DNA of 64,000 bases from Rhodospirillaceae bacterium (GTDB taxonomy: Bacteria > Pseudomonadota > Alphaproteobacteria > Rhodospirillales > Rhodospirillaceae). The position numbers and the translations under genes are program-made. The stretch covers positions 148,764-212,763 of the forward strand of contig CAXXPK010000005.1 in the NCBI GenBank assembly GCA_963678075.2, given 5' to 3'. A model generated the notes under the pieces. The model was not told where the DNA came from, made no database searches, and worked only from the letters and a program-made list of their open reading frames with translations. Of the stretch, positions 10,009-21,629 are shown piece after piece; positions within the stretch are counted from its first letter, which is position 1, and each line of letters opens with the position of its first letter.

Positions 10009-10614
10009 ATGGCACAGGCTCCTGGCGACAAGGACATGGATGTCCTGAAATGCGAACTGTTGGGTTTGTTCGAGCACATCCAGAAGATTCGGCGTGAAAT
10101 CGCGGCGATTCGTCGTCCCGGCGAGAATCAAGATCGTTTCGACCAGATGAGCGATGAGCTGGATGCCATCGTCGAGCACACCGAGACCGCCACCAACACG
10201 ATCATGGAAAACGTCGAGGCGATTTCCGATCTGGTGGCCACGGTATGTGCCAAGACCGACGATGCCGAGATCGTCGGCGTTCTGGGCAAGGCCAACGAGC
10301 ATGCGGGCGAGATTTTTACCGCGTGTTCGTTCCAGGATATCACCGGCCAGCGCATCACCAAGGTGGTGCGATCGTTGAAGTTCGTCGAGGAGCGGGTCAA
10401 CGCCCTGATCGGCATGTGGGGCTGCGACGCGGTCGCATCGACCGCCGCCGACGATGCCCCGATCGATGCCGACAAGGCGCTGCTGAACGGCCCGCAATTG
10501 GCCGGGCAGGGGGTATCCCAAGACGATGTCGATCGCCTGCTCAAGGGGACCGACATGACGGTGGCGCCGGTCTCTGGCGTCAGCCAAAGCGACATCGACA
10601 AACTGTTCGGGTGA
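10009..10614 (+). CDS. CheZ-like protein phosphatase family protein (orphan)
   Basis: 201 aa with the CheZ-type catalytic block CSFQDITGQRITKV. No other che genes are in the window. Confidence 0.7.
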   Translation: MAQAPGDKDMDVLKCELLGLFEHIQKIRREIAAIRRPGENQDRFDQMSDELDAIVEHTETATNTIMENVEAISDLVATVCAKTDDAEIVGVLGKANEHAGEIFTACSFQDITGQRITKVVRSLKFVEERVNALIGMWGCDAVASTAADDAPIDADKALLNGPQLAGQGVSQDDVDRLLKGTDMTVAPVSGVSQSDIDKLFG

Positions 10615-10710
10615 TCGTCGCCGAGGCGTTGTTTTCTCTTGACGCGTTCCGGATCGCCCTGTAGAACCACGCCTCTTGTAGGCGTTATATTTTCGGAAGG
10701 AATTGCTGTC

Positions 10711-11013
10711 ATGGCTCGTCGTTGCGCCATCACGGGTAAGGGTGTGCAGACCGGCAACAATGTCAGTCACGCCAACAACAGGACCCGTCGTCGCTTTCTG
10801 CCCAATCTTCAGGAAACCGCGCTGCTCAGCGAAGGTCTGGGGGTGTCGGTGCGTTTGCGGCTCTCCGTCAACGGTTTGCGTACGGTCGAGCACAATGGGG
10901 GCCTGGATGCCTTCCTGCTCGGCACCTCGGACGTCAAGCTGCCGATCGAGGCTCTGCGCTTGAAGCGCTGCCTGAAGAAGGCCCTGGCCGCCAAGGAAGA
11001 GCAGGCCGCGTAG
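10711..11013 (+). CDS. rpmB: 50S ribosomal protein L28
   Basis: [34 protein letters not shown] is the canonical L28 N-terminus. The ATG at 10711 lies inside the longer ORF 10639..11013. Confidence 0.95.
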   Translation: MARRCAITGKGVQTGNNVSHANNRTRRRFLPNLQETALLSEGLGVSVRLRLSVNGLRTVEHNGGLDAFLLGTSDVKLPIEALRLKRCLKKALAAKEEQAA

Positions 11014-11038
11014 GCTTCGGCTTTCCGGCAAGAAAATC

Positions 11039-11067
11039 AAACGGGCGTCCCTTTGGGGCGCCCGTTT
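11039..11067. terminator. Bidirectional hairpin terminator between rpmB and cobT
   Basis: 13-bp stem AAACGGGCGTCCC / GGGGCGCCCGTTT (one G-U pair) with a TTT loop. T-rich flanks occur on both strands. Confidence 0.65.
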
Positions 11068-11102
11068 CGTTCGTGAGGAGAACAGGTCCGGGCGAAGCCA
11101 GC

Positions 11103-12980
11103 CTAGAACACCCGACCGGCGCAGGCGGGGGCATCCTCGTCGAGGAAGAGGTTGGTGAGTTCCTTCAGCATGATGCCGCCCAGTTCCTCGGCGTCGACGA
11201 TGGTCACCGCGCGGCGGTAATAGCGGGTGACGTCGTGGCCGATGCCGATGGCGGTCAGCTGCACCGGCGAGGTCGCCTCGATCCAGGCAATGACGTCGCG
11301 CAGGTGGCGTTCCAGATAGATGCCGGAGTTCGCGGACAACGTCGAGTCATCGACCGGCGCGCCGTCGGAAATCACCATCAGGACGCGGCGGCGCTCGGTC
11401 CGGCCGAGCAAGCGGCGGTGCGCCCACAGCAGGGCCTCGCCGTCGATGTTCTCCTTCAGGATGCCTTCGCGCAGCATCAGGGCCAGCGCTTTCTTGGCGC
11501 GGCGATAAGGGGTGGCGGCTCCCTTGAAGACGATGTGCCGCAGATCGTTCAACCGCCCGGGATTGGGCGGTCGTCCGGCCTTGTCCCACTGCTCACGGGA
11601 CTTGCCGCCCTTCCAGGCACGGGTGGTGAAGCCCAGAATCTCGACCTTGACGCCGCAGCGTTCCAGGGTGCGCGCCAGGATGTCGGCGGACAGCGCGGCG
11701 ACGGTGATCGGGCGACCGCGCATCGACCCGGAATTGTCGATCAGAAGCGTCACCACGGTGTCGCGGAAGTCGGTTTCGCGTTCGATCTTGAACGACAGGC
11801 TGTGGGTTGGCGTGGCGACGATCCGCGCCAGACGCCCGGCGTCGAGGATGCCTTCCTCCTGGTCGAATTCCCAAGTCCGCAACTGGCGGGCCATCAGGCG
11901 GCGTTGCAGTCGGTTGGCCAGGCGCGAGATCACCCCCTGCAGGGGCAACAGCTGACGGTCCAGCGTCTGTCGCAGGCGGGTCAGCTCGGCTTCATCCCCC
12001 AGTTCTGCGGCGGCGATCACTTCGTCGAAGGCTGTGGTGTAGGCGACGTAGGAGCACGCCATGCCGGGGGGGGCGAAGGGGTCCTCGCGGCGGGGTTGTT
12101 CGCTGGGGCCCCCGGCCTCGTCGGCGCCTTCGGCGTCCATTGACAGGGAGTCCTCGTCGTCCTCGATCAGGACGCTTTCCGCATCCGCCTTCATGGCCGA
12201 GGCCGAGGCGGTTTCCAGCGTCGAATCGCCTTCCTCGCCGCTGCCGTTCTGGCTGTCCGGGGTTTCGCCGGAGTCGTCGTCGGAGTCCGCGTCGGCGGAA
12301 TCCTGGGAGGTCGGTTCGATTTCCGGTTCGATGTCCATTTCCGCCAGCAGGCGACGGGCGGCGCGGGCGAAGGCCGATTGATCGGTCAGGGCGTGCGTCA
12401 GATCATCTAGAATGCCCTTGATCTCGTCGTCCGCCGCGTCTTCCCACAGTGCCGCGATGTGCCGCGCGGCGGGGGGAACCTCGCCTTTCAGGAAGCGGGT
12501 CAGCGCCACGCAGTGCAGGGCCTCGGCCAGGGGCAGTTGCTCGGCGGTCAGGCAGGTTTGCAGTCCCTGGGCGCGCAGGGTGCCGTCCAGGGCGGCGCAC
12601 AGGTTGTCGTGCACGCCGGTCAGGGCCAGGCCGCCCAGGGCCTTGGTGCGGGCGCTCTCCAGCGCGCCGAAGGCGCGGATCGCGTCGGGGGAGAGGGGGG
12701 CGAAGCGGCGGTGGGTGCGTTCGTCGTGAAAACGTATCCGCAGCGCCATGGCGTCGGCAAGGCCCCGCAGGCGCGGCACCTGAGCGGGGTCCAGGGCGCC
12801 GACCGGTGCCGGCAGTTGCACCCGCTCGGGCGTGGCCGAGGCGGCGCCCGGAGCGAAGCTGACCTCAAGCTCCGGTTTTTCCGAGAGGGCGCGGACGCAG
12901 CTGACGGTGGCGCGCTTGAAGTCCTCGGTGGCATCCGCGTCGTCGAGCGGGCGTGCCGCCGATGCGTTCACCGCCGTCAT
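11103..12980 (-). CDS. cobT: CobT-type protein (vWA domain; aerobic cobaltochelatase CobT family)
   Basis: 625 aa with an acidic central linker ([15 protein letters not shown]) and a C-terminal vWA/MIDAS domain ([16 protein letters not shown]). It is adjacent to cobS. Confidence 0.9.
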   Translation of the reverse strand: MTAVNASAARPLDDADATEDFKRATVSCVRALSEKPELEVSFAPGAASATPERVQLPAPVGALDPAQVPRLRGLADAMALRIRFHDERTHRRFAPLSPDAIRAFGALESARTKALGGLALTGVHDNLCAALDGTLRAQGLQTCLTAEQLPLAEALHCVALTRFLKGEVPPAARHIAALWEDAADDEIKGILDDLTHALTDQSAFARAARRLLAEMDIEPEIEPTSQDSADADSDDDSGETPDSQNGSGEEGDSTLETASASAMKADAESVLIEDDEDSLSMDAEGADEAGGPSEQPRREDPFAPPGMACSYVAYTTAFDEVIAAAELGDEAELTRLRQTLDRQLLPLQGVISRLANRLQRRLMARQLRTWEFDQEEGILDAGRLARIVATPTHSLSFKIERETDFRDTVVTLLIDNSGSMRGRPITVAALSADILARTLERCGVKVEILGFTTRAWKGGKSREQWDKAGRPPNPGRLNDLRHIVFKGAATPYRRAKKALALMLREGILKENIDGEALLWAHRRLLGRTERRRVLMVISDGAPVDDSTLSANSGIYLERHLRDVIAWIEATSPVQLTAIGIGHDVTRYYRRAVTIVDAEELGGIMLKELTNLFLDEDAPACAGRVF

Positions 12981-12983
12981 CGC

Positions 12984-13991
12984 CTAGACCCGACGCGAGG
13001 ACAGGCCGAGGGAGGCGGCGGATTCCGGCAGATCCTTGCCAAAGCAGCGCTGGTAGTATTCCGCCACCAGGGGTCGCTCCGCTTCGTCGCACTTATTGAG
13101 GAAGGTCAACCGGAAGCTCAAGCCGGTATCGCCGCCGAAGATGTCGGCGTTTTCCGCCCAGGTCAGCACGGTGCGCGGGCTCATCACCGTCGAAACGTCG
13201 CCGTTGATGAAACCGGCCCGTGTCAATCCGGCGACCGCCACCATCGCGGCCAGGGTCTTCTGGCCTTCCTCGGTGGCGTAGCCGCCAAGCTTGCGCAGGA
13301 CGATCTCTTCTTCCCGTGCCGGGTCCAGGTAGTTCAGGGTGGCGACGATGTTCCAGCGGTCCATCTGGCCCTGGTTGATCTGTTGCGTGCCGTGGTAAAG
13401 GCCGGTGGCATCGCCCAGGCCGATGGTGTTGGTGGTGGAAAACAGGCGGAAGCACGGATGCGGGTGGATCACCGCGTTCTGGTCCAGCAGGGTCAGGCGG
13501 CCCTCGACCTCCAGCACGCGCTGGATCACGAACATCACATCGGGGCGGCCCGCGTCGTACTCGTCGAAGACCAGGGCCATTGGCCGCTGCAAGGCCCAGG
13601 GCAGGATACCTTCGCGGAATTCGGTGATCTGCTTGCCGTCTTTCAGGACGATCGCATCCTTACCGATCAGATCGATGCGCGAGACGTGGCTGTCCAGATT
13701 GATGCGGATGCAGGGCCAGTTCAGGCGGGCGGCGACCTGTTCGATGTGGGTCGATTTGCCGGTGCCGTGATAGCCCTGGATCATGACCCGACGGTTGTGG
13801 GCGAATCCCGCCAGAATGGCCCGCGTCGTGGTCTGATCGAAGCAATAGGTGTCGTCGATCTCGGGGACGTGCTCGGTGGCGTGGCTGAAGGCCGGAACCG
13901 TCATGTCGCTGTCGATGGCGAAGGCGTCGCGCACCGAGATCGTGGTGTCGGGCAGGGCGGGGAAATCGTCTTGCAGTTGGTCTTGGGTCAT
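12984..13991 (-). CDS. cobS: CobS-type AAA+ ATPase (aerobic cobaltochelatase CobS family)
   Basis: 335 aa. Walker [10 protein letters not shown], Walker B LVFDEYD, then [12 protein letters not shown]. Confidence 0.93.
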   Translation of the reverse strand: MTQDQLQDDFPALPDTTISVRDAFAIDSDMTVPAFSHATEHVPEIDDTYCFDQTTTRAILAGFAHNRRVMIQGYHGTGKSTHIEQVAARLNWPCIRINLDSHVSRIDLIGKDAIVLKDGKQITEFREGILPWALQRPMALVFDEYDAGRPDVMFVIQRVLEVEGRLTLLDQNAVIHPHPCFRLFSTTNTIGLGDATGLYHGTQQINQGQMDRWNIVATLNYLDPAREEEIVLRKLGGYATEEGQKTLAAMVAVAGLTRAGFINGDVSTVMSPRTVLTWAENADIFGGDTGLSFRLTFLNKCDEAERPLVAEYYQRCFGKDLPESAASLGLSSRRV

Positions 13992-14036
13992 TTGTCCGTC
14001 ACAGTTTGCGTCGATGGCGTGTTGTCGGGGCGGGGG

Positions 14037-14627
14037 TCAGACCGCCCTTTTCCGTGTGCCCGCGTTCAGGTAGCGCAGCAGGATGGTATGGGCCTCGTTG
14101 ATGGTTTTCAGACGTTCCTCGGCGGCTTTGTCGCCGCCGTGTCGGTCCGGGTGGTGCTTCTTGACCAGTTCATGGTATCGCATTTTCAGGGCTTGTCGTG
14201 TCAAAGGAAAGTCCAAACCCAGAATTCCCACGGCGTATTCCGGAGATCCCGGCGCGGCTTTCGGTTTTGGAGCGTTCTTGGTGGTTCCTTCGGCGTTGGT
14301 TTCGAACACAGTGAAGGGGTCGTGGATGTGCGGCGTGAACGGTTTCCCGGCGGCGGCCTTGTCGCCCAGGCGCCAGGTCGGGCGCTGCCACACGGTGTCG
14401 CGGCAGATTTCCTGTTCGATCTCGGACTGGGTCAAGCCCGCATAGAAATCCCACGACTGGTTGTAGTCGCGGACATGGTCCAGGCACAGCCACAAATAGT
14501 CGCGCAGCATACGGTCGCGCGGCGCGCGATAGACGCCGGGACGGGTGCATCCCGGATGCTCGCAACGGGGCGCCGTGCTTTCCGGGCGGTCGCCGAGGTA
14601 CCGTTTGCTGGGTTTGGTCGGTTTCAT
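14037..14627 (-). CDS. J-domain protein (C-terminal DnaJ domain, Cys-rich N-terminus)
   Basis: LKMRYHELVKKHHPDRHGGDKAAEERLKTINEAHTIL is a J domain carrying HPD. The ORF extends to 14687, but MKPTKPSKRYL at 14627 is the more likely start. Confidence 0.8.
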   Translation of the reverse strand: MKPTKPSKRYLGDRPESTAPRCEHPGCTRPGVYRAPRDRMLRDYLWLCLDHVRDYNQSWDFYAGLTQSEIEQEICRDTVWQRPTWRLGDKAAAGKPFTPHIHDPFTVFETNAEGTTKNAPKPKAAPGSPEYAVGILGLDFPLTRQALKMRYHELVKKHHPDRHGGDKAAEERLKTINEAHTILLRYLNAGTRKRAV

Positions 14628-14988
14628 CCGCACACTATGCGCATTCAGCCCCGACCGCGCAAGGCGGGGCGAGAAATTCAGGGCCATCCGCCGCCGTTGG
14701 TTGTGGTTGCATCGCCCGAATGGCTGGCGGTATTAGAGGGGTAGTCAGCCGAGTCGCCGTAGGGGATGACGGTGGGGTGACGGAGCCGAAGAAGGTCTTG
14801 GAACGACCTTCAAGGCGAAGACGGAGGGGATTCGCCTGGCCGCGACATCGGTTGGCGGGTGGGTGGGCCTTACGTTGCCACGACAATCAAAACTCGTCGT
14901 TTTGCCCCTTGTTAAACTATATGGCTGCAAAGAGGCGGCGCATTATGATTATCTGTCTACGCGGATGAAACGTTAAGAATGACGAATC

Positions 14989-15339
14989 ATGAACACGCTA
15001 TCCAATCGCAACGTCACCGTGAACGGCCACCGTACCAGCATGCGTCTTGAGCAAGAGATGTGGAAGGCCCTGCGGGAAATTTGTCGCCGGGAAGAGAAGG
15101 CCCTGCGGGAAATTTGTCGCCGGGAAGACATGACGGTGCACGAATTGTGCTCCCTGATCGACGATCGCTGCGGCCTGTCCAGTCTGACCGCCGCGACTCG
15201 AGTGTTTATCCTGATGTGTTATCGTGCGGCCGCCACCGACGAAGGCCATGCCACTGCGGGGCATGGCAAGCGGGTTGATCTGCATTTGATGGATCGCCTG
15301 GGGATTGATCTTGCGAACCGGGGCGCCTCCTCCCACTGA
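14989..15339 (+). CDS. Ribbon-helix-helix domain protein (COG4321-like), carrying an internal 11-codon duplication
   Basis: HRTSMRLEQEMWKALREICRREE is a typical RHH N-terminus for this family. KALREICRREE/D occurs twice in tandem. Confidence 0.75.
   Translation: MNTLSNRNVTVNGHRTSMRLEQEMWKALREICRREEKALREICRREDMTVHELCSLIDDRCGLSSLTAATRVFILMCYRAAATDEGHATAGHGKRVDLHLMDRLGIDLANRGASSH
15064..15129 (+). repeat. 33-bp tandem duplication (32/33 identical), in frame inside the RHH gene
   Basis: AAGGCCCTGCGGGAAATTTGTCGCCGGGAAGAG (15064-15096) is followed directly by the same 33-mer ending in C (15097-15129). Confidence 0.97.
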
Positions 15340-15369
15340 ATCGGTGTAGCCCCCATTGGCGCTCGCCGG

Positions 15370-15945
15370 TTAGGTGTCGCCCGGCTGTGGCGGCTCCGCG
15401 AAGACCGGCCATTTTTGACGGACCACCGGCCCATCGGCGCGTAGTGCGTGACAGGTGTCGATGATTGGTGGGCGCTTTGGCGGTTCGCCGCGTTTCCGGC
15501 GCGCCGTCGCTTCGTCCTTGTGGGCATCGTGCAGGGTTTGGAACGCGGTTGCCGCCACCTCTCCCAGCAACTCCAGAAGATGGGTGCACCCCTTGGCGCC
15601 GCCCATGATGCGCCGGGCTTCGGCCATGAAGCCCCGACCAATCGTCCGTCCGATCAGGAGGTCCGCCAGAGGCGCGGCCAACGGGCAAATCGCGAAGGGG
15701 GCATGATCGATCGCCGCCGTCGCCTCGTGAATTTTCAAGGCGGCGTCGAAGGTGACGCGCAGGCAAAGGCCATGCAGCGGCACCCCGGCCGGGATCGCCT
15801 GCCCGTCTCCTTCGCGATAGGTGGTGGTCTTGTGGTCGGTGAAGACGCCCTCGACATCCCACAAACCGTCTTGGCGCAGGCAGCCACGGCAGACGATGAC
15901 GCGCTCGTGGATAAGGCCGCGGGGTTTCGGTAGCGGCAGACTCAT
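15370..15945 (-). CDS. DUF2889 family protein
   Basis: 191 aa. The GAKGCTHLLELLGEVA block and overall layout match my recollection of DUF2889. Confidence 0.7.
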   Translation of the reverse strand: MSLPLPKPRGLIHERVIVCRGCLRQDGLWDVEGVFTDHKTTTYREGDGQAIPAGVPLHGLCLRVTFDAALKIHEATAAIDHAPFAICPLAAPLADLLIGRTIGRGFMAEARRIMGGAKGCTHLLELLGEVAATAFQTLHDAHKDEATARRKRGEPPKRPPIIDTCHALRADGPVVRQKWPVFAEPPQPGDT

Positions 15946-16379
15946 TACAGCGGCATGCCGAAGATCATCGCCTCGCGCGCGGTGAGGTCGTGTTCCAGTT
16001 CGGCCTTCATCGCCGCGAACAGATCGCGCACCGAGATCATGCCGACCAGGGCCTCTTCGTCCATCACTGGCAGGTGGCGGAAATTGCGGTCGCGCATCTC
16101 TCCCAGTGCATGGGACAGGGACTCCGCCGCCTGAACTGTGACCGGGTTGCGGGTCATGATGTCGGCGACGCGGGTGGCGTCGGCGTCGGTGCCGCCGGCG
16201 ATGATGCGAAACACCAGATCGCGTTCGGACAGAACCCCCATCAGCGCGCCGTCATCGACGATGGCGACCGCGCCGACGTCCTTGTCCGCCAAGTAACGGG
16301 CGGCTTCGCGGGCGGTGGCGGTGGCGGGCAGGGTATAGAGGGTCCGTTCTGCGATCACGCTGGCAATGGAGCGAGGCAT
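15945..16379 (-). CDS. CBS domain pair protein
   Basis: 144 aa from the ATG at 16379 (MPRSIASVIAERTLYTL), with two CBS motifs (VGAVAIVDDGALMGVLSERDL and HLPVMDEEALVGMISVRDL). The ORF track extends to 16685. Confidence 0.85.
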   Translation of the reverse strand: MPRSIASVIAERTLYTLPATATAREAARYLADKDVGAVAIVDDGALMGVLSERDLVFRIIAGGTDADATRVADIMTRNPVTVQAAESLSHALGEMRDRNFRHLPVMDEEALVGMISVRDLFAAMKAELEHDLTAREAMIFGMPL

Positions 16380-16504
16380 GGCGTGGGTCTCCCAATTGAT
16401 GACGCCCCGGGTTGTTTTTCTCCCGGTCGTGTTTATTGAACCTAAGGGCCGCGCGGGGGAGGTCTCGACCCGCATCCCCGCACCGTCTTGCGCGGGGGCC
16501 TCCG

Positions 16505-17763
16505 TCAGCGCCCACCGGTTTCCGGGGGCGTGACTCGCAGACTGATCAGGCGGTTTTGTTGCCGCCGAAGGACTTCGAAACGGAAGCTGTGGAAGCGGAA
16601 GACTTGCCCCGGCGCGGGAATGCGCTGGCTTTCGTGAATGACCAGACCGGCGATGGTGGTCGCTTCCTCGTCGGGAAGCGCCCACTCGAACTCGCGGTTC
16701 AGGTCGCGGATGGTGACGTCGCCCGTGACGATGAAGGAACCGTCGGCCTGGGTGCGTACACCCGCGATCACGATATCATGCTCGTCGTCGATGTTGCCGA
16801 CGATTTCTTCCAAAATATCCTCGAGGGTGACGATCCCCAACAGCGAGCCGTATTCATCGACGACGATCGCGAAGTGCTCGCGTCGGGTGCGGAAGGACTG
16901 CAACTGGTCCAACAGCGAGGTGGTGTCGGGAATGAACCAGGGCCTTGTCGCCAGCGCCCCGATGTCCAGGGTCTCGGGCGGTCCCTGATGGGCTTGCACG
17001 GCGCGGAACAGCGCCTTGGCGTGCAGCACGCCGACGATGTTGTCGGAATTGTCGCGGTACAGCGGGATGCGGGTGAAGGGGCTGGACAGAACGCCCGCGA
17101 CGATGTCGGCGACCGGTTGACCCAGGTCGATCGTCACCAGATCCCGACGGTGCATCATCACCTCGCCAACCTCGACGTCGGCGAGTTCCAGAATGCTTTT
17201 CAGCATCGCGCGTTCGTGGCGGACCTCGGCCTGTTCCTCGGTGTGCAGTTCGATCGCGCCGCGCAGCTCGGTCAGGTGCTGCGCCAGGGATTTCTCCGTT
17301 TCCTTGACCCCGAACAGGTGCAGCATGCCGCTGATCATCGCGTTCAGGGCGAACATCACCGGCGCCAGCACGGTGGTCAGGAAGCGCATCGTCGGGGCGA
17401 CCCACAGCGCCGTCGTGTTGGCGTTGCGGATGGCGTAGGTCTTCGGCAGAATTTCCGAGAAAATCAGAACCAGAAGGGTCATACCCAGGGTGGCGAAGGC
17501 AATTCCAGCCTCGCCGAACCAGGTGATCAGTAGACTGGTGGCCAGGGCCGAGGCGCTGATGTTCGCCGCGTTGTTGCCCAGCAGGATGGTGCCGATCAGG
17601 CGGTCGCGGTGACGGTCCATGTGGTTGACCATGGTGGCGCGTCGGTCGCCTTGTTTCTGCAATTCGCGCATCAGCGGGCGCGAGGCTGCGGTCAACGCGG
17701 TCTCCGCCCCCGAAAAGAACGCGGACAGCAGCAGCAGGACGACGATCGCGGCCAGGCTGAGGA

Positions 17764-17767
<4 letters not shown>
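16505..17767 (-). CDS. HlyC/CorC (TlyC) family transporter: DUF21, CBS pair and CorC_HlyC domains
   Basis: 420 aa. Motifs include FFSGAETALTA, EILPKTYA, HFAIVVDEYGSLLGIVTLEDILEEIVG. Confidence 0.9.
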
Positions 17768-18899
<1,132 letters not shown>

Positions 18900-18903
<4 letters not shown>

Positions 18904-19469
18904 CGGTCCATTGTGGTTTGGGTCAGCCAATAGGCGTCGATCGCCGCCAGCACCCGCGCCGTGGTGATCTCGGAGGGTTCGTCGCGGGTTTCGACGGTGA
19001 TGTGCGCCTCGGCATACAAAGGATACCGCTTTTCCATCAGTTCCCCTAGAATGACGCGCGGGTCGCCCTGCATCAATAGCGGACGAGTGGTGCGTCCGGC
19101 GGTGCGGAAGACCAGCAGGTCAAGGTCGGCCTTCAACCAGACGCACACCGACCGGGCCAACAGGGCCGCGCGGGTCTCGGCGGAGACGAAGGCGCCGCCG
19201 CCGGTCGCCAGCACGCACGGCGGGCCGTTGATCAGGCGGGTCAGGACCTTGCGCTCGCCGTCGCGAAAGGCGGCCTCGCCCAAGGTGGCGAAGATGTCGC
19301 GGACGGATTGGCCGGCGGCGCGTTCAACCTCGGCGTCGGAATCGTGGAAGGGACGATCCAGCAAGGCGGCAACTCGGCGGCCGATGTGGCTTTTTCCCGC
19401 GCCCATCAGCCCGACCAGGGTGATGGTGCGGGGCAGGGCGGCGACACGGGCGGTGGCGAGGTCTGACAT
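18900..19469 (-). CDS. aroK: Shikimate kinase
   Basis: ITLVGLMGAGKSHIGRRVA is the P-loop. MSDLATARV at 19469 is the likely start; the ORF track extends to 19589. Confidence 0.92.
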
Positions 19470-19607
19470 GACCGGCTGGGCATCCAGGGAAAACGGGTTC
19501 GCCCCGAGGGGCGCGTTGAATGCGCGAGGGCAAGAGGATAAACTGCCCGGCGCGCGTCGTAAATGTAGCGGAAAACGCGCCCTTGTCACGTCCCGTCGTC
19601 CCCTGCG

Positions 19608-19796
19608 ATGGGCGGAGGGGGCGGCGCGGAAAACAATTTTGTGAAGGAGGCGGTCGTCGTGAGGGTGATAACGCGCTTGGTTCTGTCGATCTGCGTGCTG
19701 GCGGTGGTGGGGGGCGCGGTTCTTTTGGCGAAGAGGGACCTGCCGGCGCCGACGGCGCGGGTGGAAAAGGTGATTCCCGCGGATCGGTTCAAATAA
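19608..19796 (+). CDS. Possible small single-TM protein
   Basis: 62-aa ORF with one helix (VLSICVLAVVGGAVLLA). It could be chance in high-GC DNA. Confidence 0.3.
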   Translation: MGGGGGAENNFVKEAVVVRVITRLVLSICVLAVVGGAVLLAKRDLPAPTARVEKVIPADRFK

Positions 19797-19839
19797 TCAA
19801 AAACGGAACGCGCAGCTGCGCAATGGGGGAGGACGGCCA

Positions 19840-21615
19840 ATGACGATGCGGAAAGCGGGGCGCTGGGCGCTGGCTTTGGGCCTGTTGGGCGGGGCATCCG
19901 CTCCGGCTTTGGCGCAGACCTTCGCCGAGGCGCCGTTGTCGTTGTTTCCCAGCGCCGCTGCTTCCAGCGCCGCGCCGGTCGAGGCAGTGAAGCCAGACAG
20001 CGCGCCCTTTGGCATCAGCATGGGCGGTCTTGCCGACGTCGATCTCGAGGCGGTGGGGGTTCTGAGCCATGGCGCGAAGGAACCCTGGGACCGGGATCTC
20101 GGCACCCAGGTTTGGTTTTCGCTGAACCGAGTCACCGCGTTGGAGCGTCTGCGCGCCTTGCCGGTCGGCGCGGCCTCGCCCACGGTGCGCGGCATGGTCC
20201 GCCAATTGCTGCTGACCGCCGCCGCGCCGTTGGCGGTGCCGGGCGCCTCCGCGTCGCCCGGGCAGTTGACTGCGGCGCGGTTGGAGGCGTTGCTGGCCTC
20301 CGCCTGGGCGGAAGACGCGCAGTCCCTGGCGGCGGTGGCGCCCCGCGCGGTGTGGAGCGAGGCAGTGGTCTTGGCGGCGGCGCGCGCCGGATGGCTGGCG
20401 GGCGACGTCAAGGCCGCCTGTGCCCAGGTCGATGACGGCTTGCAACGCTTCGATGCGCCGATCTGGGGCAAGATGAACGCGGCGTGCAAGGCGGTGACGG
20501 GGGATGCCGACAAGGCGCGGCTGAATGTAAGCCTGCTGGAGGAGGTGGGCGCGGTTGACGATGCGTTCCGTCCGCTGGCGGATCGCATCCAGGATCGCGG
20601 CAAGCTGTCGTTGGCGGAACTGCCCGCGGGCATGGGCATTTTTGAGACGTCGGCGCTGCGGGAATTGGGGGGCAAGCTGCCCGAGGATCTGCCGCTGGAT
20701 GCAATGCCCTGGTTGGCGCGGCTGGCGATCCCCGCCGAAGGTCCGGTCAGCAACGGCCATCTGGCGACCGTCGAAATCGGCCTGCGGCATGGCACCATCC
20801 CCGCCGCCGAGGCCGCGAAGGTTCTGGAACGGGTGAAATTCGGCAAGGCCGATCTGGTGGCGGCGAAGGAATTGAAGGCCGATGCCGCCGCGCCGCGCGG
20901 GCGCGCCCTCTACTGGCAGATTCTGAAGGACACCAACTCCGCCCCGGCGCGGGCCGAGGTCATCGCGCGGATGTTCGCGGCGGCGCGGAACGACCGCGCC
21001 GGGGCGGCGGCGCTGGCGGTGTTGCTGGCGAAGCCCTTGGCCGATCTGTCCGCCGATTCGGCGGCGGCGTGGCTGGCGGGCGATGCGGCGCGCGCCGCCC
21101 TGTGGATCGGCGATTGGACGATGGCGCGACGCTGGGCGGACCTAGCGGCGGGCAATGCCGGGGCGTCGGAAGATGCGCGCCGGGTCGCCGTCGCCTTGAA
21201 GCCGCTGTTCCATCTGGCCGATGCCCCCGCCGCCGCGCAGGACCGCGCCACCCAGGCCGCACCGGCGATGCCGGAAGATTTGTCCCCGGCGGTGCGTGAC
21301 CGTCTGTTTGGGCTTTGTCGCGTTCTTTCCCTGCCGGTGGCCGACGCCGATTGGCGGGCCGCGCTGGCGGCTCCGTCCCCGGCGGAGGACAATGCCTCGC
21401 CGTCGCCGCTGCTGTTGGCGACCGCCGACAATGCGGCGGCAAGGGGGGCGTTGGGGTTGACCCTTGCCCTGTCCGCGCAGGCGCTGGATACGAGCGGCGA
21501 TAAGCCGGTCGCGGCGGCGGCGGTGGAGCGGACGGTGGCTTCCCTGCTGAAAATCGGCGCGGTGGACTGGGCGAAACGGGTCGCGGTGGAAAGTCTGCTT
21601 GCCGCCGGATACTGA
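19840..21615 (+). CDS. Hypothetical exported Ala-rich protein
   Basis: 591 aa with a signal peptide (MTMRKAGRWALALGLLGGASAPALAQ). It sits upstream of xerD. No domain recognised. Confidence 0.65.
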   Translation: MTMRKAGRWALALGLLGGASAPALAQTFAEAPLSLFPSAAASSAAPVEAVKPDSAPFGISMGGLADVDLEAVGVLSHGAKEPWDRDLGTQVWFSLNRVTALERLRALPVGAASPTVRGMVRQLLLTAAAPLAVPGASASPGQLTAARLEALLASAWAEDAQSLAAVAPRAVWSEAVVLAAARAGWLAGDVKAACAQVDDGLQRFDAPIWGKMNAACKAVTGDADKARLNVSLLEEVGAVDDAFRPLADRIQDRGKLSLAELPAGMGIFETSALRELGGKLPEDLPLDAMPWLARLAIPAEGPVSNGHLATVEIGLRHGTIPAAEAAKVLERVKFGKADLVAAKELKADAAAPRGRALYWQILKDTNSAPARAEVIARMFAAARNDRAGAAALAVLLAKPLADLSADSAAAWLAGDAARAALWIGDWTMARRWADLAAGNAGASEDARRVAVALKPLFHLADAPAAAQDRATQAAPAMPEDLSPAVRDRLFGLCRVLSLPVADADWRAALAAPSPAEDNASPSPLLLATADNAAARGALGLTLALSAQALDTSGDKPVAAAAVERTVASLLKIGAVDWAKRVAVESLLAAGY

Positions 21616-21629
21616 ACGGACGGCGGAGC

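Noticed and set aside
14740-14870. Possible ZTP (pfl) riboswitch, because of GGGGTGACGGAGCCGAA .. hairpin .. CGCCTGGCC.
   Set aside because: There is no P1 pairing partner for the 5' segment. The 3' box differs from CCGCCTGGGC. The downstream gene (RHH protein) is not a purine or folate gene. The resemblance is superficial.
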